Part shown: piece by piece, positions 44,694 to 56,665 of the stretch | Position numbering within the stretch: position 1 is the stretch's first letter | Layout: each line of letters begins with the position of its first letter | Source of the DNA: Rebecca billardiae RCC1528 | Taxonomy: Eukaryota > Protista > Haptophyta | Length of the DNA: 64,000 bases | Reading direction: 5' to 3' | Assembly: GCA_965240325.2 (NCBI GenBank) | Contig: OZ251230.1 | Coordinates: forward strand, 1,054,001 to 1,118,000 | Notes under the pieces: model-generated | Told to the model about the DNA's origin: nothing | Seen by the model: the letters and a program-made list of their open reading frames with translations, nothing else | Database searches by the model: none | Position numbers and translations under genes: made by a program

Positions 44694-46760
44694 CTACACT
44701 GTCGAGGAAGATGGCTCCACCGCCGCGGCGGGTGCGCCCACCGGCGGCATCGCCTCGTAGCAGACTGAGCGCAGCACGAGCGGCAGTGCGGTCGCGCCGC
44801 CAGCGGCACCTCGCCGCTGGGCGGCGCCGCCGCGCACCGCGACTTGCCGCGAGGACGGGGCGCTCGACGCTGCTGCCTGCGCGTCTGACGGCATGCTACT
44901 CGCGATGCGGGCAAGCACGGCGCTCAGCGACGTCGAGTACTTGAGGTGGCCGCCCACCAGGTCGGACACGTCCACGTTCTCGACGCCGGCGCACGGCACC
45001 GGGCTGATGCCGCCGATGCCCGAGACGGCGCCGTGCGCGTTGGCGCGGTACACGGTGCCCAGCACCCAGTCGGAGCCGCAGAAGGCGTTGACCACGCGGC
45101 CGGCCGCGACGGTGCGCGCGTCAGCCCACGCGCGCGCGTGCAGCTGCACCGGCGCGCCGAGCACGACCACGTCCTCCACGAGGCCGAGGCCCCGCTTGCC
45201 CGCGCGCGCGAGCACTTCGACGCACGACAGGATCACGCGCGCGCCGAGCGAGTAGCCGACCAGGCTGACGGGGCGCGCGCCGTGGACGCGCTCGAGCAGC
45301 ACGTCGGCCAGCATCTCGCCCACCTTGCGCGCGCGCTCGAGGGCCACGCTCCACGGGTTGTCGATCAGGTTGGTCGCCTTGATCAGCAGCGAGGGCAGCG
45401 CGAGCGCACTCATGAGTGCGGAGAGCGTCGTGTGCATCAGTGCCTCGGTGACGGCGCGGCCGGTGATCTCCGAGGTGACGAAACTCTTGAGCGCCGTGCC
45501 GAGGGCGAGGAGCTCGGCCTGCTCCCACACGAGCACCCACGGCTCGGCGTGCGTGCCGAGCACGTCGCACGCCGGCGGGAGGGCCGCCTCCGCCGCCGCC
45601 GCCTCCCCCGGCTGCGCCTCTGCCGCCGCCGCCCGGTGCCGCCACTGCGCGGCAGGTGTGTCCTCGTCGTGTGCGCACCAGCCCGAGACGAAGATGCGCA
45701 CGGTGAGGCGGGCGTGCTCGGCCGCGGCGGGCTGCGCGCCCGCGCGCGCGTGCGCAGGCGCCGCCGCGCGCTCGCGCGTCTGCCAGGGCATCGCCGGCGC
45801 TCGCAGGCCGAGCCGGCCGGCGCGCGCAAACGCAGCAGAGGCGGACGCGGACAGCGGCCTGCGCTGGCCGGGGCCCGTGCCGTCGCGCGCCACGCCCGAC
45901 GGCGGCTCGGAGGCCGGCGCCACGTCCTCGGCGGCCGGCGGCTCGGCAGGCGCCCCCTCCTCCTCCTCGCCGTCGAGCCGCTCGAAGCGGAACTCGCGCA
46001 CGCCGCCGAGCCGCCTGCGCGCCTTGTACCCAGAGAGCCCCGCACCCGTTGCGCCAAACAGCGTCGTGAAGACGATGCCGCCAGAGGCCGTGCCGAGGAA
46101 GCCGGCGAGGGGGGCGACGAGGGCCGCGCCCGTGGCGCCACCGAGCCCGCCCACCGCGGCGAGACCCACGCCCACGGCGGGCGCCGCGAGCCCGGCCGTT
46201 GCGGCGATGAGCGTGCCGCCGATCGCGGCAAGTCCGCCGATGGCGATCGCCTTGCGCCAGCTGAGCGACTCGGCGGCCGAGGCCGCGGCGGGCGCGTCAG
46301 CGTCGCTCGCGGGCGCGCCAGAGACACCGGCCGTCGCGACTCGACGAGCAAACTCATCCTCCGCTGCCAGGAAGGCCTCCGCGCTCACGCCCATCGCCAG
46401 GCACAGGCCCTTGAACGCAACTCTCGCGCGCGCATCGTACCCGTGCGCGGTCGCGCTCGCGACCATCAAGCCCACGGCCATCGGCGCTCGAAGCGCAGCG
46501 GGTACGACGCTCACGAATGCCGTCGGGTCGATGGGCTCGTCAAGCGGCTGCGGCGGCACGCACAACGCCGAGTACGTCTCGAGCGGGCCTCGGTACCCGA
46601 TCGCAGAGGCGCAGTCGGCCAGGAATGTCTTCGCCCACTCGGCGCTCTCCGCGCCCCACATCCGGAGGCCGCGGCCGAGGAGGACGGCCATCGCGCCCAT
46701 GACCGCCTTCTTGTGCGCCTCGTCGGCGAAAAGGCCCTGCACCTCCTCACGCGGCGTCAT
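44694..46760 (-). CDS. TMCO4/DUF726 family alpha/beta-hydrolase-like membrane protein
   Basis: GYDARARV, GGTLIAATAGLAAP, LFGATGAGLSGYK, NLIDNPW, RPVSLVGYSLGARVI, VAAGRVVNAF..SDWVL, GVENVDVS..VGGHLKY. Confidence 0.92.
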   Translation of the reverse strand: MTPREEVQGLFADEAHKKAVMGAMAVLLGRGLRMWGAESAEWAKTFLADCASAIGYRGPLETYSALCVPPQPLDEPIDPTAFVSVVPAALRAPMAVGLMVASATAHGYDARARVAFKGLCLAMGVSAEAFLAAEDEFARRVATAGVSGAPASDADAPAAASAAESLSWRKAIAIGGLAAIGGTLIAATAGLAAPAVGVGLAAVGGLGGATGAALVAPLAGFLGTASGGIVFTTLFGATGAGLSGYKARRRLGGVREFRFERLDGEEEEGAPAEPPAAEDVAPASEPPSGVARDGTGPGQRRPLSASASAAFARAGRLGLRAPAMPWQTRERAAAPAHARAGAQPAAAEHARLTVRIFVSGWCAHDEDTPAAQWRHRAAAAEAQPGEAAAAEAALPPACDVLGTHAEPWVLVWEQAELLALGTALKSFVTSEITGRAVTEALMHTTLSALMSALALPSLLIKATNLIDNPWSVALERARKVGEMLADVLLERVHGARPVSLVGYSLGARVILSCVEVLARAGKRGLGLVEDVVVLGAPVQLHARAWADARTVAAGRVVNAFCGSDWVLGTVYRANAHGAVSGIGGISPVPCAGVENVDVSDLVGGHLKYSTSLSAVLARIASSMPSDAQAAASSAPSSRQVAVRGGAAQRRGAAGGATALPLVLRSVCYEAMPPVGAPAAAVEPSSSTV

Positions 46761-47093
46761 CGTGTGGCGTTCGACGTGAGGCGTGCAGGGGCAGCAGGGC
46801 GCGGAAGCCGGGTCTGCACCAAGCGGATGGTGGCGACCGAGGAAGACGGCAGCTTGACCGTCACGATGACGCACGAGAGGGACGAGACGAGAAAATGAAC
46901 GCGGCTCTGCTCAATTTTCCGCTTTGTTGTCGTGAAGCGTCACGGCACCGGAGCCAGGGCTCCTGACCAGTTGGAGCGGCTCCCGCCTCCTGCATCGGTC
47001 GACTCCTCGTGGCGGGTCGTCGCACTCGATCATCGGTGACTGACCGCGACACATGGCGCTGCTGGCGTTCGGTGCCTTTTGATCGGCTTCGAC

Positions 47094-48111
47094 ATGCGCC
47101 AACGACGTGGACGACGTGGCGCGCCGTGCGCGGCGCGGCTTTTGGTCGGGCTCGCCACCCTTGCGGGCCACGCTGGCTCGTCGCGCCTGACGCCGAACGC
47201 GAGACGGCCGATGCACCAGATCATGGAGTACGATTGCGCGCAGCCTCCGCCATCGGTCGTCTTCTTGCGACACGGCGAGTCTGTGTGGAATAAGGCGGGC
47301 ATCTTCACGGGGTGGGTGGACGTCCCACTGAGCGAAGAGGGTGAGGAGCAGGCGAGCCTCGCCGGGAGCTACCTCTCCACCTGGGGCTTCGAGTTTGACG
47401 TCGTGTACACGTCGTGCCTGCAGCGCACGACGAGGACCGCCGAGCTCGTGATGGCCGAGCTGGAGCAGGGGTGGGATCCGTCGATCTTGAGAAGATCATG
47501 GCGGCTAAACGAGCGCATGTACGGCGCGCTGACCGGGCTGAACAAGCGCGAGGTCGCCAACGAGTACGGCTCGGAGCAGTTCCAGCAGTGGGTGCGCGAC
47601 CCGCCGCCACTGCAGCGCACGTCGCGCTTCTACCCGGGCAATGACCCGATGTATGCAGACCTGCCGCAGGAGGTGATCCCGCTGAAGGAGTCGTTCGAAG
47701 ACTGCATGAACCGCGTCGTGCCGCTGTGGGAGGAGGAGATCAAGCCGCTCGTGCTGCTCGACACCAAGCAGGTGCTCGTCATCTCCTCGCGGAACGCGAT
47801 CCGCGCGCTGCTGATGCACATCTCGGACATCTCGACGCACGAGCTGCTCACCATAGACATTCCGGTGTGCGGGCGGCGCGGGCGGGGAGGGCGGGGAGGG
47901 CGGGGCGGCCGCGCCGCGCGCCGCGGCCCGAACCCCGCTCCTTGCGCGCCGTCCTCACGCGCCCCTCGCCGCGGGTGCGCGCCCGCAGAACGGCGTGCCC
48001 CTCGTGTACGAGATCGAGATGGACTGCCTCAAGACGATCGAGTCGGACACGTGCAACTTTGGCATCGACGGGCCGTTCGTGCAGAGCAAAGTGCGCTTCG
48101 GGGCAGACTGA
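47094..48111 (+). CDS. gpmA: 2,3-BPG-dependent phosphoglycerate mutase-like protein (intron 47865-47988), with presequence
   Basis: VFLRHGESVWNK..FTGWVDVPLS, YTSCLQRT, WRLNERMYGALTGLNK, PLKESF. After splicing the frame reads DIPNGVPLVYE. Confidence 0.88.
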
Positions 48112-49484
48112 GGGATGGGCGGACCCCAGTGGCACACCGGCTGCGGCTGTCTAGCTGTGCGGGCGCTGAGGTCTACGCGCGAGTCTCCGCCCGGGCAGGC
48201 CCTGGCGAGGCAGCGCGCTGTGCCATGACTATCACGATGATTGATGATCCATCAGCCGCCGGCGTATGTTAGAGTTACGAGTAACTCGATAACGTCAACG
48301 AGTCACGGACGGCCGGGCTGTCGGACCCCGAGTCCACCGACCATGCATCATGACGATCTTATCGGTGATCATTCAGTGTCTGCACTGTCTGTCTGTCAGT
48401 GATCTCGTCTGTGCGGCGATGCCATTTATAATATATATTATATATTATAATAATAAGTACGTAGTGACTGCTATTATAAAAATATAAAGTGCACTGGCGC
48501 CGGCGGACCCGCGACCGCCGTCGCGCGTGGCAGTGAGGCCAGTGAGTGGCACCGGGGCAGCCGCTCAGTCTGAGCTACATGGCCTCGGCCGACGGACTGT
48601 CACGTCTGTCGGTGTCAGTCACAGTGTCTCACTCTCTGTGTGTGGCGCTGCGCGGAGCGCCGGAGCAGCCCGTACCGTACGGAGTCGCCAGTTGGCGTAC
48701 TCGGCGTAGCCCGGTAATGTTAATGTAGCTAGTCTGTACCGTGTCCGTGTGGCGTGTCCGTTCACGAGCCGCAGGCACGGTCTCTCGGAGTGACGGACAC
48801 TCGTAGCGCCCAGCCTGGCTGGGCCCGGCCGCCCGCCCGGCCCCGGGCCCCGGCATAGCCGGCGTCGTGCTATACTCCGTCGCTTCGTCAACCGCTAGCT
48901 ACGTACTACTTACGTAGTACGTATTTTAGTACCGGCCACTACTGCACTCTGCAGTCTCAGTCTGTCTGCAGCTAGAGCGCAGCGCCGCGGTAGTCGGTTT
49001 TACCGTGCCACGGCTGTCCGTGCGGCCGTGCGCCACTCACACTGAGTACTGACGGCTGAGGCCGAGGGAGTGAGGCGGATGCGGGATGGCACTGGCACTA
49101 CATATATCTATTAGTAGTTATCGTCTAGGCAATGCTGCTAGTCAAGTGGCTTCTGTATACGATGGCAGAGTGACCCGGTGTAATGTCATCACGCCTTGAG
49201 CAATAATAATATAAATTTATTATAAAACGGCGCGCGAGCGTCAGATTATTCAGCGTCGGATGATTTGATGCATGGCGCGATGCTGATCATCATGCGCAGT
49301 GCTCATTGCGATGCTGCTGACGCGACGAGGGTCACATTCATGCCGCGGCGGCGCGGTGCGAGACCGGCCCGGGTTGACGGTTTGTCCGAGCCGATGTCCA
49401 TCCACCACTCCATCCAGGCAACAGCGGCGCGCGGCACTAGTCGCAAGCCGACGTTGCGAGTCGGCGATGCGCCGCGCGCCGCCA

Positions 49485-51609
49485 TCACTTGGTGTGGTGC
49501 GGCAGCCCTTGCAGCTGTGCAAAGACGCCGTCGTGCAGGAAGGACGCCTCGACGATGCGGCCGTCAAACTTCTTGCCGTGCAGCGCCTCGGCCGCCCTGG
49601 CCGCACTGCCCGGCTGATCGAAGAGCACGAGGATGTGCTTGTCCGCCGCGCCCACGAGGCCGGGGTCGAGCCCGGCTGGCGGGTTGGCCGCGACGCCCGC
49701 CTTGAGCAGGATGATGCCCTCGACCCCGCCGTGCTTGGCGCACTCCGTCTTTGCGTCGTCCAGGATGTCCAAGCACTCTGACTCATCGCCCAGCTCGACG
49801 TCCGTCACCATCGAGGACAGAGAGAGCAGCCGAGAGCTCGGGTCGACGGAGAGCGCGCGCGCGGCGGGCTGCGGCGGGGGCGGGGGCGGCAGCGCGCCGA
49901 GGCCAGGCGCAGGCGGCGGCAGGGCGACGCCCGGGAGGCCGTACTGGGGCACGCCGGGCGGCGGCATGGGCACACCCGCTGCGGGTTGTGCACAGGGCGA
50001 CGGGTCGCAGCCGCGGGCGCGGCGGGCGCGGGCGCGCGTGAGCCGCGCGCGCGGCGTGACGCGATGCGGGCGCACGTGGGCGAGCGACGGGGAGCGGCGG
50101 CGCACGGGCCGCGCGGCGCGGCACGCACCCGCGCCGAGCGTCGCCTCCTCCGTCACCTTCTGCACGTTGCAGATCGGCGTCTCCCCGATCACGCCCGACT
50201 TGTCCAGCTCGGGGATCGACTGCGCCGGCACGGGCGTGTAGTCGCGCGGCCGCTCGACGCGCAGCTGCCGCCCGCCCAGCTCGACGTTGTTGAGCGTGAG
50301 CGCGGAGGTGGCCTCAGCGATCGTGCGGAACTCGACGAAGGCGAACTTGCCGGCGGGGTTGATCGTGCAGTCGATCACCGGATCGCCCGTCTTGGTCGCA
50401 TCCACCAGACCAGTGGCCCTGCCCAAGCCAAGCCGCGCGCACGCGCACGCGCACGCGCACGCGCGCGCACGGCGCGAGTGGCAGCACGCTTCAGACCAGG
50501 GCGCGCGGGGTGGCGGCGGCGCTCGCACAGCCGCGCTCGGCGCGCGGGCCGCAGCTGCGCGCGCACATCAGCGTCGCGTTGAAGAACTGCTTCATCATGT
50601 CCGGCGTGAGCCCCACGTTCTGAGGCAGGTTGCCAATGTGCAGTCGCCTCGCCTTGCGTGAGATCTGCATCGCCGTCTGCTGCGCCGTGGCGGTGCTCGA
50701 GATGCCGGAGAGGAGCTGCGCGTTGAGCGTGGCCGCGATGTTGGGCGGCGGCGGCGGCGGCGGCGGCGTCACGCCGCTTACCGCCATGGCCGGCGGCACA
50801 CCAGGCGGCACACCAGGCGGCACGAGCGCGCCGCCCATCGCGACGCCGAGCGGCGGGGGTGGCAACACCGCGACCGCAGGCGTGATGCCCGGCGGAATGA
50901 TCACCTCGTTCAGTTCGGGCGGGGCGACGATGTAGTCGTTGGGGCGCTGCACACGGATGGTCTTGCCGAGCACGACCAGCCCGTCGAGCGCGAGCGCCGA
51001 CGTCGCCTCCGCCGGCGAGCGGAACTCGATGAACGCGAACTTGCAGCTCGGGTCGAGGCTCACCTCGTTGATGCACTCGGTCGCGCCCTGCAACGTCAGA
51101 CTCGAGCGGTGGAGCGCGTCGTTGAAGGTGTCGCGCAGCACCTGCTGCGTGCAGCCCGGGGGCAGGCTGCCGATGTGGATGCGCCGTGCCCTGCGCGTCA
51201 GTCCCGCCTGCTGCTGCAGCAGGGGCGTCGCGGCCCCGAGGCCGGCAGCTGGCGGCGCCATGTACCCAGGCGGCATGTACGGCGCGTGCGCCTGCAGCGC
51301 CGGCAGCTGGCCGTTGGCGGCGGCGAGGATGGCGGGGGACGGCGCGACCGTATTCCCGTGCGCATCCTTGTCCCACAGCATGCCACGCCGGCGCTCTCGC
51401 CGCTTACGCCGCTCCTCCTCGCGGCTCACCTCAGCCTCGCCGTTGCGCTCGTCACGCTCGCGCTCCCGGGCCTGCTCGCGCTGCTGCTCCACCTCGGCGC
51501 GTGCTTCGGCCGCTGGTTCCACGTTCGTGCCAGGTTGATCGTCCGCCGCATCGTCCGCTGGTGGCGGCGGCGGGGGCGGCGTTCCGTCCGCGCTTGTTGG
51601 CTCCCCCAT
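49485..51609 (-). CDS. U2AF large subunit (U2AF65)-like splicing factor (introns 50419-50566 and 49979-50128)
   Basis: ULM-like RRERRRGMLWD, two RRMs (ARRIHIGSLP..FAFIEFRS..QRPNDY and ARRLHIGNLP..FAFVEFRT..ERPRDY), and a UHM (ILDDAKTECAKHGGV...LHGKKFDGRIV). Confidence 0.88.
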
Positions 51610-51929
51610 GGCTGCGCGAACGATCGCGATCGACGCGTCGAGACGCTTTGAGCAAGCTTACACCGGACTGGTCCGGAAGACCCAGAACTGCGTGGCCGGA
51701 CCAAAAAAAAAGAAAAAAAGTACAGGTCGCTGCTTCGTTTTTCGGACTGCTTCGTTTTTCGGACCCGGGCGATGGCGACAGTGGCTCGCTCATCGGCGGG
51801 TGCGTGGCGGGCGCGCCGCGGCAGGGCTGAGCAGCCTGTCGGCGCGTGGGGTGACGTGCCCGTCACTATACGTCACCAGTCGGGTCGTGGTGCCTGCTGG
51901 CATCGTCCTCGGCCGCTCGCAGCTCAGGC

Positions 51930-52560
51930 GCTGCGCTGATCGGTACGCCCGCGCTTACGCTGTGCGCGCCGGCCGGGCCCAGCGCAAGCGCCTCGATGAA
52001 GGCGGCTAAGGGCGTCAAGCCGTACTCGGTTGAGGCGAACGCGGAGACCTACAAGATATAGCGCGCGGTAGTTGCCCAGAAGGCGGCTGCCATGCGGTGG
52101 TGTTGGGGCGCGCGGCTGCGTGCTCGGCCGACAACGAGCCCTCTGGCGTGCTCGCATCATCGAAGTTGAGTGTGTTCACAGCCACGCCGGCGGGGATGCG
52201 CTGGAAGATTGCTCCAGCCTTCCACGCCAACGTTGAGCTTGCCAAGCAGTAGTCGGCACGCCAGACCGCCAAGCTCGCGCGCCTGCGTGAGCAGCACGAG
52301 GCCGAACTTGTTGACGTGCGCTAGGCTGAGGCGGTGAGGTTCGACGCGGCTGAGCTCGCCGACCAGCTCGGTATCCTTCCTGTGCCCGCCGTAGAGGTCG
52401 CCGCGCCGAAGCCGGACAACATGCGGCTCAATGATGGCCAGAATGACTCGTGGTCGTTGCGGGAATTCAACCAGAAGAAGGCCGCGCGAACTGCGCAGAA
52501 GGAGGCGGAGGCAGCGCGTGTGCGTGCTGGCCTGCGGTCCGAAAGTTCACCAGGTCGACG
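51930..52560 (+). pseudogene. Degenerate coding relic, possibly a transposon protein
   Basis: Coding-like frame (KAAKGVKPYSVEANAETYKI*...ELAKQ*...LVDVR*AEAVRFDAAELADQLGIL...) interrupted by in-frame TAG stops. Confidence 0.4.
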
Positions 52561-53190
52561 GTGAACGCCGGACGGTGCCCGCGGCGCAGGGTCTGGAGCT
52601 GACATCGACAGTCGCCTAGTGAGCATACTTACCTGCCCCTGGGATTGGCTGCTACACGCACGTGATGTCTGGAATGTATGATGCCGTCAGCCCGACTCGA
52701 ATGGCCTACCAGGCCGCAGCTGCTAGCAGACTCCGCGTGCGTGCTGAGAGCATGCGGTCCGAAAGTGGTCGACGGTGCCCGCGGCGGCGCAGCCGCAGCT
52801 GCCGCCTGGGGCTGGCGCGGAAGCTGAGTGAGCATGTTCGTCCGTTCCTGAGGTGGTCTACTGCATGTATGTAATGTCTAGAATGCATGATGCCGTTAGC
52901 CCGACTCACACGGCTCACCAGGCAGCGGCTCTGACTCGGCGCGCGCGCTGAGAGCTCGCGGGTCCGAAAGTTGAAGCATGCCGTCGGCGGCCCCGTCGTG
53001 GACCTTGTGGCGTCCGTGGGGCACATGGTAGTGGAACAAAGTCGTCTAAATGGTACATAGCCGCTGGGTTGTACCTCAGGCACACCCTGGGGGTGCCGCC
53101 AGACGCGATCTCGAGCCCGCAGACCCCCGGGGGCGCCGCCGCCATCGTGCACAAAAAGTGAACAGCAATCGGGTCCGAAAGTTGAAGCAG
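52500..53190 (+). repeat. Degenerate tandem repeat with a period of about 205-220 bp
   Basis: Anchor gtccgaaagt at 52537, 52757, 52962 and 53173. atgtct(g/a)gaatg(t/c)atgatgccgt(c/t)agcccgactc occurs twice. Confidence 0.7.
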
Positions 53191-53433
53191 CGACCTGTAG
53201 TGCGCGCCCTCTATCGTGCAGCCGTTCACTGGCGGCACCGGCAGGGTGACGCAGAACTAGTGAGACGACGGTATCATTTCATCCACTGACGGAGTTGTAG
53301 TAGTAGAAGTTATTCAACTTAGGGTGTCTGAGCTGTGTAGTCGTCTCTCACCGGCTCCGTGACAGTATAAGCTGTGCGAATGGTTGTCAAGTGGCAAGGG
53401 ATGCAAGTGTTACCGCACGATTGGTGACTGCAT

Positions 53434-55309
53434 TCAGTGTTGCCGAGCTGGCCCAGCGTCGTGACGAGGCGCGACGTGCCGCTGCGGTGGCGGACGCGGT
53501 GCCGAGGCTGCGCCGTGCTGCCGCGCCGCAAGCAGCAGATGGTAATTCGCGTCGTCGAGCGCGCGCTTGCGCGGGTCAGTCGGCAGCGCGAGCTCTGAGT
53601 GGCCCTGCGGCGATGTGCTCGAAGCATGTGGACCGCGCATCGCCCCTCCCATGAGCTCCGGAGGCGCGAGCTGTGCGGACGATGGCAGGGGCACCTGCTG
53701 CCGCTGCTGCTGCAGCGTCTGCTGCAGTGATGCCATCGGCAGGCCGTCCGCACGTTGGCCGGCAACGCCTCGCTGCGCTGCCTCCCAGGGTGGATACGTG
53801 TGAAGCTGGCGCGGCTGTGCAGCTGCACGGTCCGTCGCCACGTCCCTCGGTGCCGAGCCCGGCCCGAACGTGTGCATGCTCGCGAGCCCGCTGTCGCAGC
53901 TGCCACGCCGGTCGCGCGCCGCTTGGAGGGCGTGCGCGCAGGCGCTATGGCCGAGGCTGGCAGAGCCGACAGCCGACGAGAGCTCCTCGGTCGCCTGCCG
54001 AGAAGCGTTGGTCTCTGGGCGCCGCGGCTTGGGGGCGAGCACGTGCTGCATCTGCTCGACCAGTGCCTGCCCAGCCGCCTCGGATTCGACAGCGCTGCCC
54101 GCGTGGTACGCATGCACCAGCTGCTTGGCAAGCGCCACAACGGACGCGAGCGTGTGTGGGGACGTCGGCGGGTGGTGCGCGGCGGGTGGCTGGACGGCCA
54201 CGGGCAGCTCGGCAGCCGTCTCGTTGACCAGGTACCCTTCCTCCTGCATCCCCGCCGCCAGCGCCATCATGACCTGCTCCGCCAGCATCGAGCCGGGGGT
54301 CGTGTTGTTGGCGGACACCATGCGCCTGATGATGAGCGGGTCCACCGCAGCAGAGGTGGGCGGAGCTCGCTGTCCTGCGGGCGGCTGTGAGGATGAAGGC
54401 GCGTGCTGCTGCTGCTGCGCGTCAGCCTGCGCCTGCAGAAGCTGCACCGTCCGCATCGCGCTGAGCCCCTGCGCCTGCTTCTGCGCCTGCCCGGCGACGG
54501 CGGCGCAGCTGCGGCTTCCGGCCGCTTCGTCTGACGACGAATCCAGCTGCGGCGGTGGCGGCGGCGGCTGCTGCCACTGCGGCCAGGTGGCGACAGGCGA
54601 CGCGCACGGAGCCGCCAGCACGACAGGCTGGTGAAGCTCGCGCCCGGTGCGCTCGTCCAGAGCCCGCGGTGCGGCGGGAACGCATGGCACGGCCATGATC
54701 GGAGCCCGTGCTGCGTGCGAACTCGTCATGTCCGGCGCTGCGTGGCCCGCGGTCTGCTGCTGCGGCCAGGCGGGTGCACTCAACTCCGAACTGCGCCTGC
54801 GGCGCGTGATCGAGTTGTAGCGGTTCTTGATGGCGTGATCCGACCGCCCTTGGAGACGATCGGCGATGCAAGACCATGACTGCGCGCGATGTCGACGCCG
54901 CGTGGCCAGGTCGCGCGCGCAAGGGCGCGCGGTGAGCATGTGTGCAGCAGACTGCGCTGGCGGTCGGGCATGTGGGGAGCGGGCGCGCGTGCGCGCTCAC
55001 CGTGCCGAGCTCGGCGACTCCGGCGAGGATGATCGCGTCCTCCTCCGGCGTCCACGCGCTCTTCTGCACGTCTGGGCGCAGGTGATTGTGCCAGCGCTCG
55101 CGGCACGACTTCTCGGGCCGCGTGCCGACAGCCGCGGCGATGAGCAACCACTTCTGCGGGCCATGCTTGTCGACAGCAGCGCGCAGCCTCGCGTCCTCGT
55201 CGTGCGACCATGCGCGTCGCGAGGCCGTTGGCGTCTTTCCATCGCCGCCGCTCCGCCTCGCCGAGGGCAGCATGCGCGCTCCGCGAACTTCACAGTCAGG
55301 TGGGCGCAT
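53434..55309 (-). CDS. R2R3-MYB transcription factor (intron 54880-55000)
   Basis: RRAWSHDEDARL...KW...KSCRERWHNHLRPDVQKSAWTPEED...GT|SWSCIADRLQGRSDHAIKNRYNS. Confidence 0.9.
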
Positions 55310-56610
55310 CAGGAGTTGAGCACTACAATCTGCCGTGGACGTGGGGTGCACTGATTTCTGAGTTGGTGAAAGTCCCAAGCGTCGTCGTCACGATGACAGC
55401 ATGATTCGATGATCTTCATCGCACTTTGGTTCCCGCGCGTCAGTTTACGACGTCGAATTCAATGATCACTCTGTGCTGGTGAACTGATGATGATCGCCAT
55501 CACTAAAATGGTATCATTGGCGTCCTTGAGTGCTCATTTGTCATCTACAGTTCCGTACTCGTTATCAATTGAAGAAGCGCCCCCGCTCGTGTGCGGGCCA
55601 GCGGGCCGCGCGGCCCGCGGCGAGCTGATGATATTCGGCGAATCCATACGCCGAATCGGTTTCGTGGGCGAATCGTGGCGGCATGAAAATGGAGGCGGGT
55701 ATGATTATGTCAGGGAGATCAAAGGGAGATAGCGAGCTATCTCCCTTGCTAAACTATGAGTGGGAGATCGCAGTCGACCCGAAGTCGACTGCCATACCTG
55801 GCCTGCGCTCCCAAAGCCGCATGTGGGCTTGACAGCCGTGCGCGGGCGCTTTGCGGGGCCGAGAACACCCGTAGGCAGCAATCGCGCCGTCTCGTCGACG
55901 CCCTTGCCGCCCTCTCCGCGCGCAGAGACCTGCTGAACGGCAGGCGCAGTTCTCGAGAAGGCCTGTCCGCGATGCGCGTGCGTCCCTGGCTGGGGCATTT
56001 AAGGTCGGCTTTTTCGCTTCTGTGCGATGGGCATGAGAGTACTCAACATCACTGTGTCGCCGTCCACCATGCCGGCATCGGTCGGACCGCACGAACGCGC
56101 GCGACAGCTGGCAGGCCAGCAAGCGGTTGAAATGGCGGCGCGCGTGATCACAACTCACAAGGCTGTCGACGACGAGACCGCAGTGCGAGCAAAACGAGTG
56201 CATGCCAGACATGCGTATCGATCGCGGGGCGTGCATGCACCGCGAGCTGCGAGCACGGAAACGACTGCCGCAACGAAAGCCGTCATGCGCCTCGACGCGC
56301 ACGCGCCACGGCGGACGACCGAGGAAGGCGCGCAGGCTGGCCTTCCGGCGGCGGCGGTCAGTCCGGGAGTGCCCGCGCACGCGCAAACCGTATTTAAAAG
56401 GCTCCCGGAACACACCAAGATCAGAGTTCGGTGTGTTCCGGGAGCCGGGCGCTTTGGGGGGCTTGGTTGACAAGCTTACAGGTAGCTACGCGCCGGGATG
56501 AATGTGACAGACGTCGCAGCCGGTGCCGCCAATGTGCTCTTCTGCTAGCTAGCTGGCAGCACAGACACGCAGTACTGACTGAGTAACACTCGTGAGTCGT
56601 GAACTTAGAA

Positions 56611-56665
56611 ACAGCTTATCACCCGTCGCCATGCGGCACAGCTTATCACCCGTCGCCATGCCGGC
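56611..56665 (+). repeat. Tandem duplication of about 27 bp
   Basis: acagcttatcacccgtcgccatgc occurs twice. Confidence 0.9.

Noticed and set aside
52625-52790. ATACTTACCTG matches the 5' end of U1 snRNA, near a splicing-factor gene
   Set aside because: No U1-70K loop (GATCACGAAG), U1A loop (ATTGCAC) or Sm site follows. It lies inside a tandem repeat whose sister unit lacks the motif.
52740-52980. ctgagag...gaaa in the repeat units as a possible hammerhead ribozyme
   Set aside because: It does not match the CUGANGA core, and no convincing stems were seen.
55750-56500. ORFs between the two MYB genes (also 32800-33230, 33750-34030, 38626-39243)
   Set aside because: No recognisable motifs or consistent coding frame. 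They may be decayed elements or UTR/upstream exons but cannot be called.
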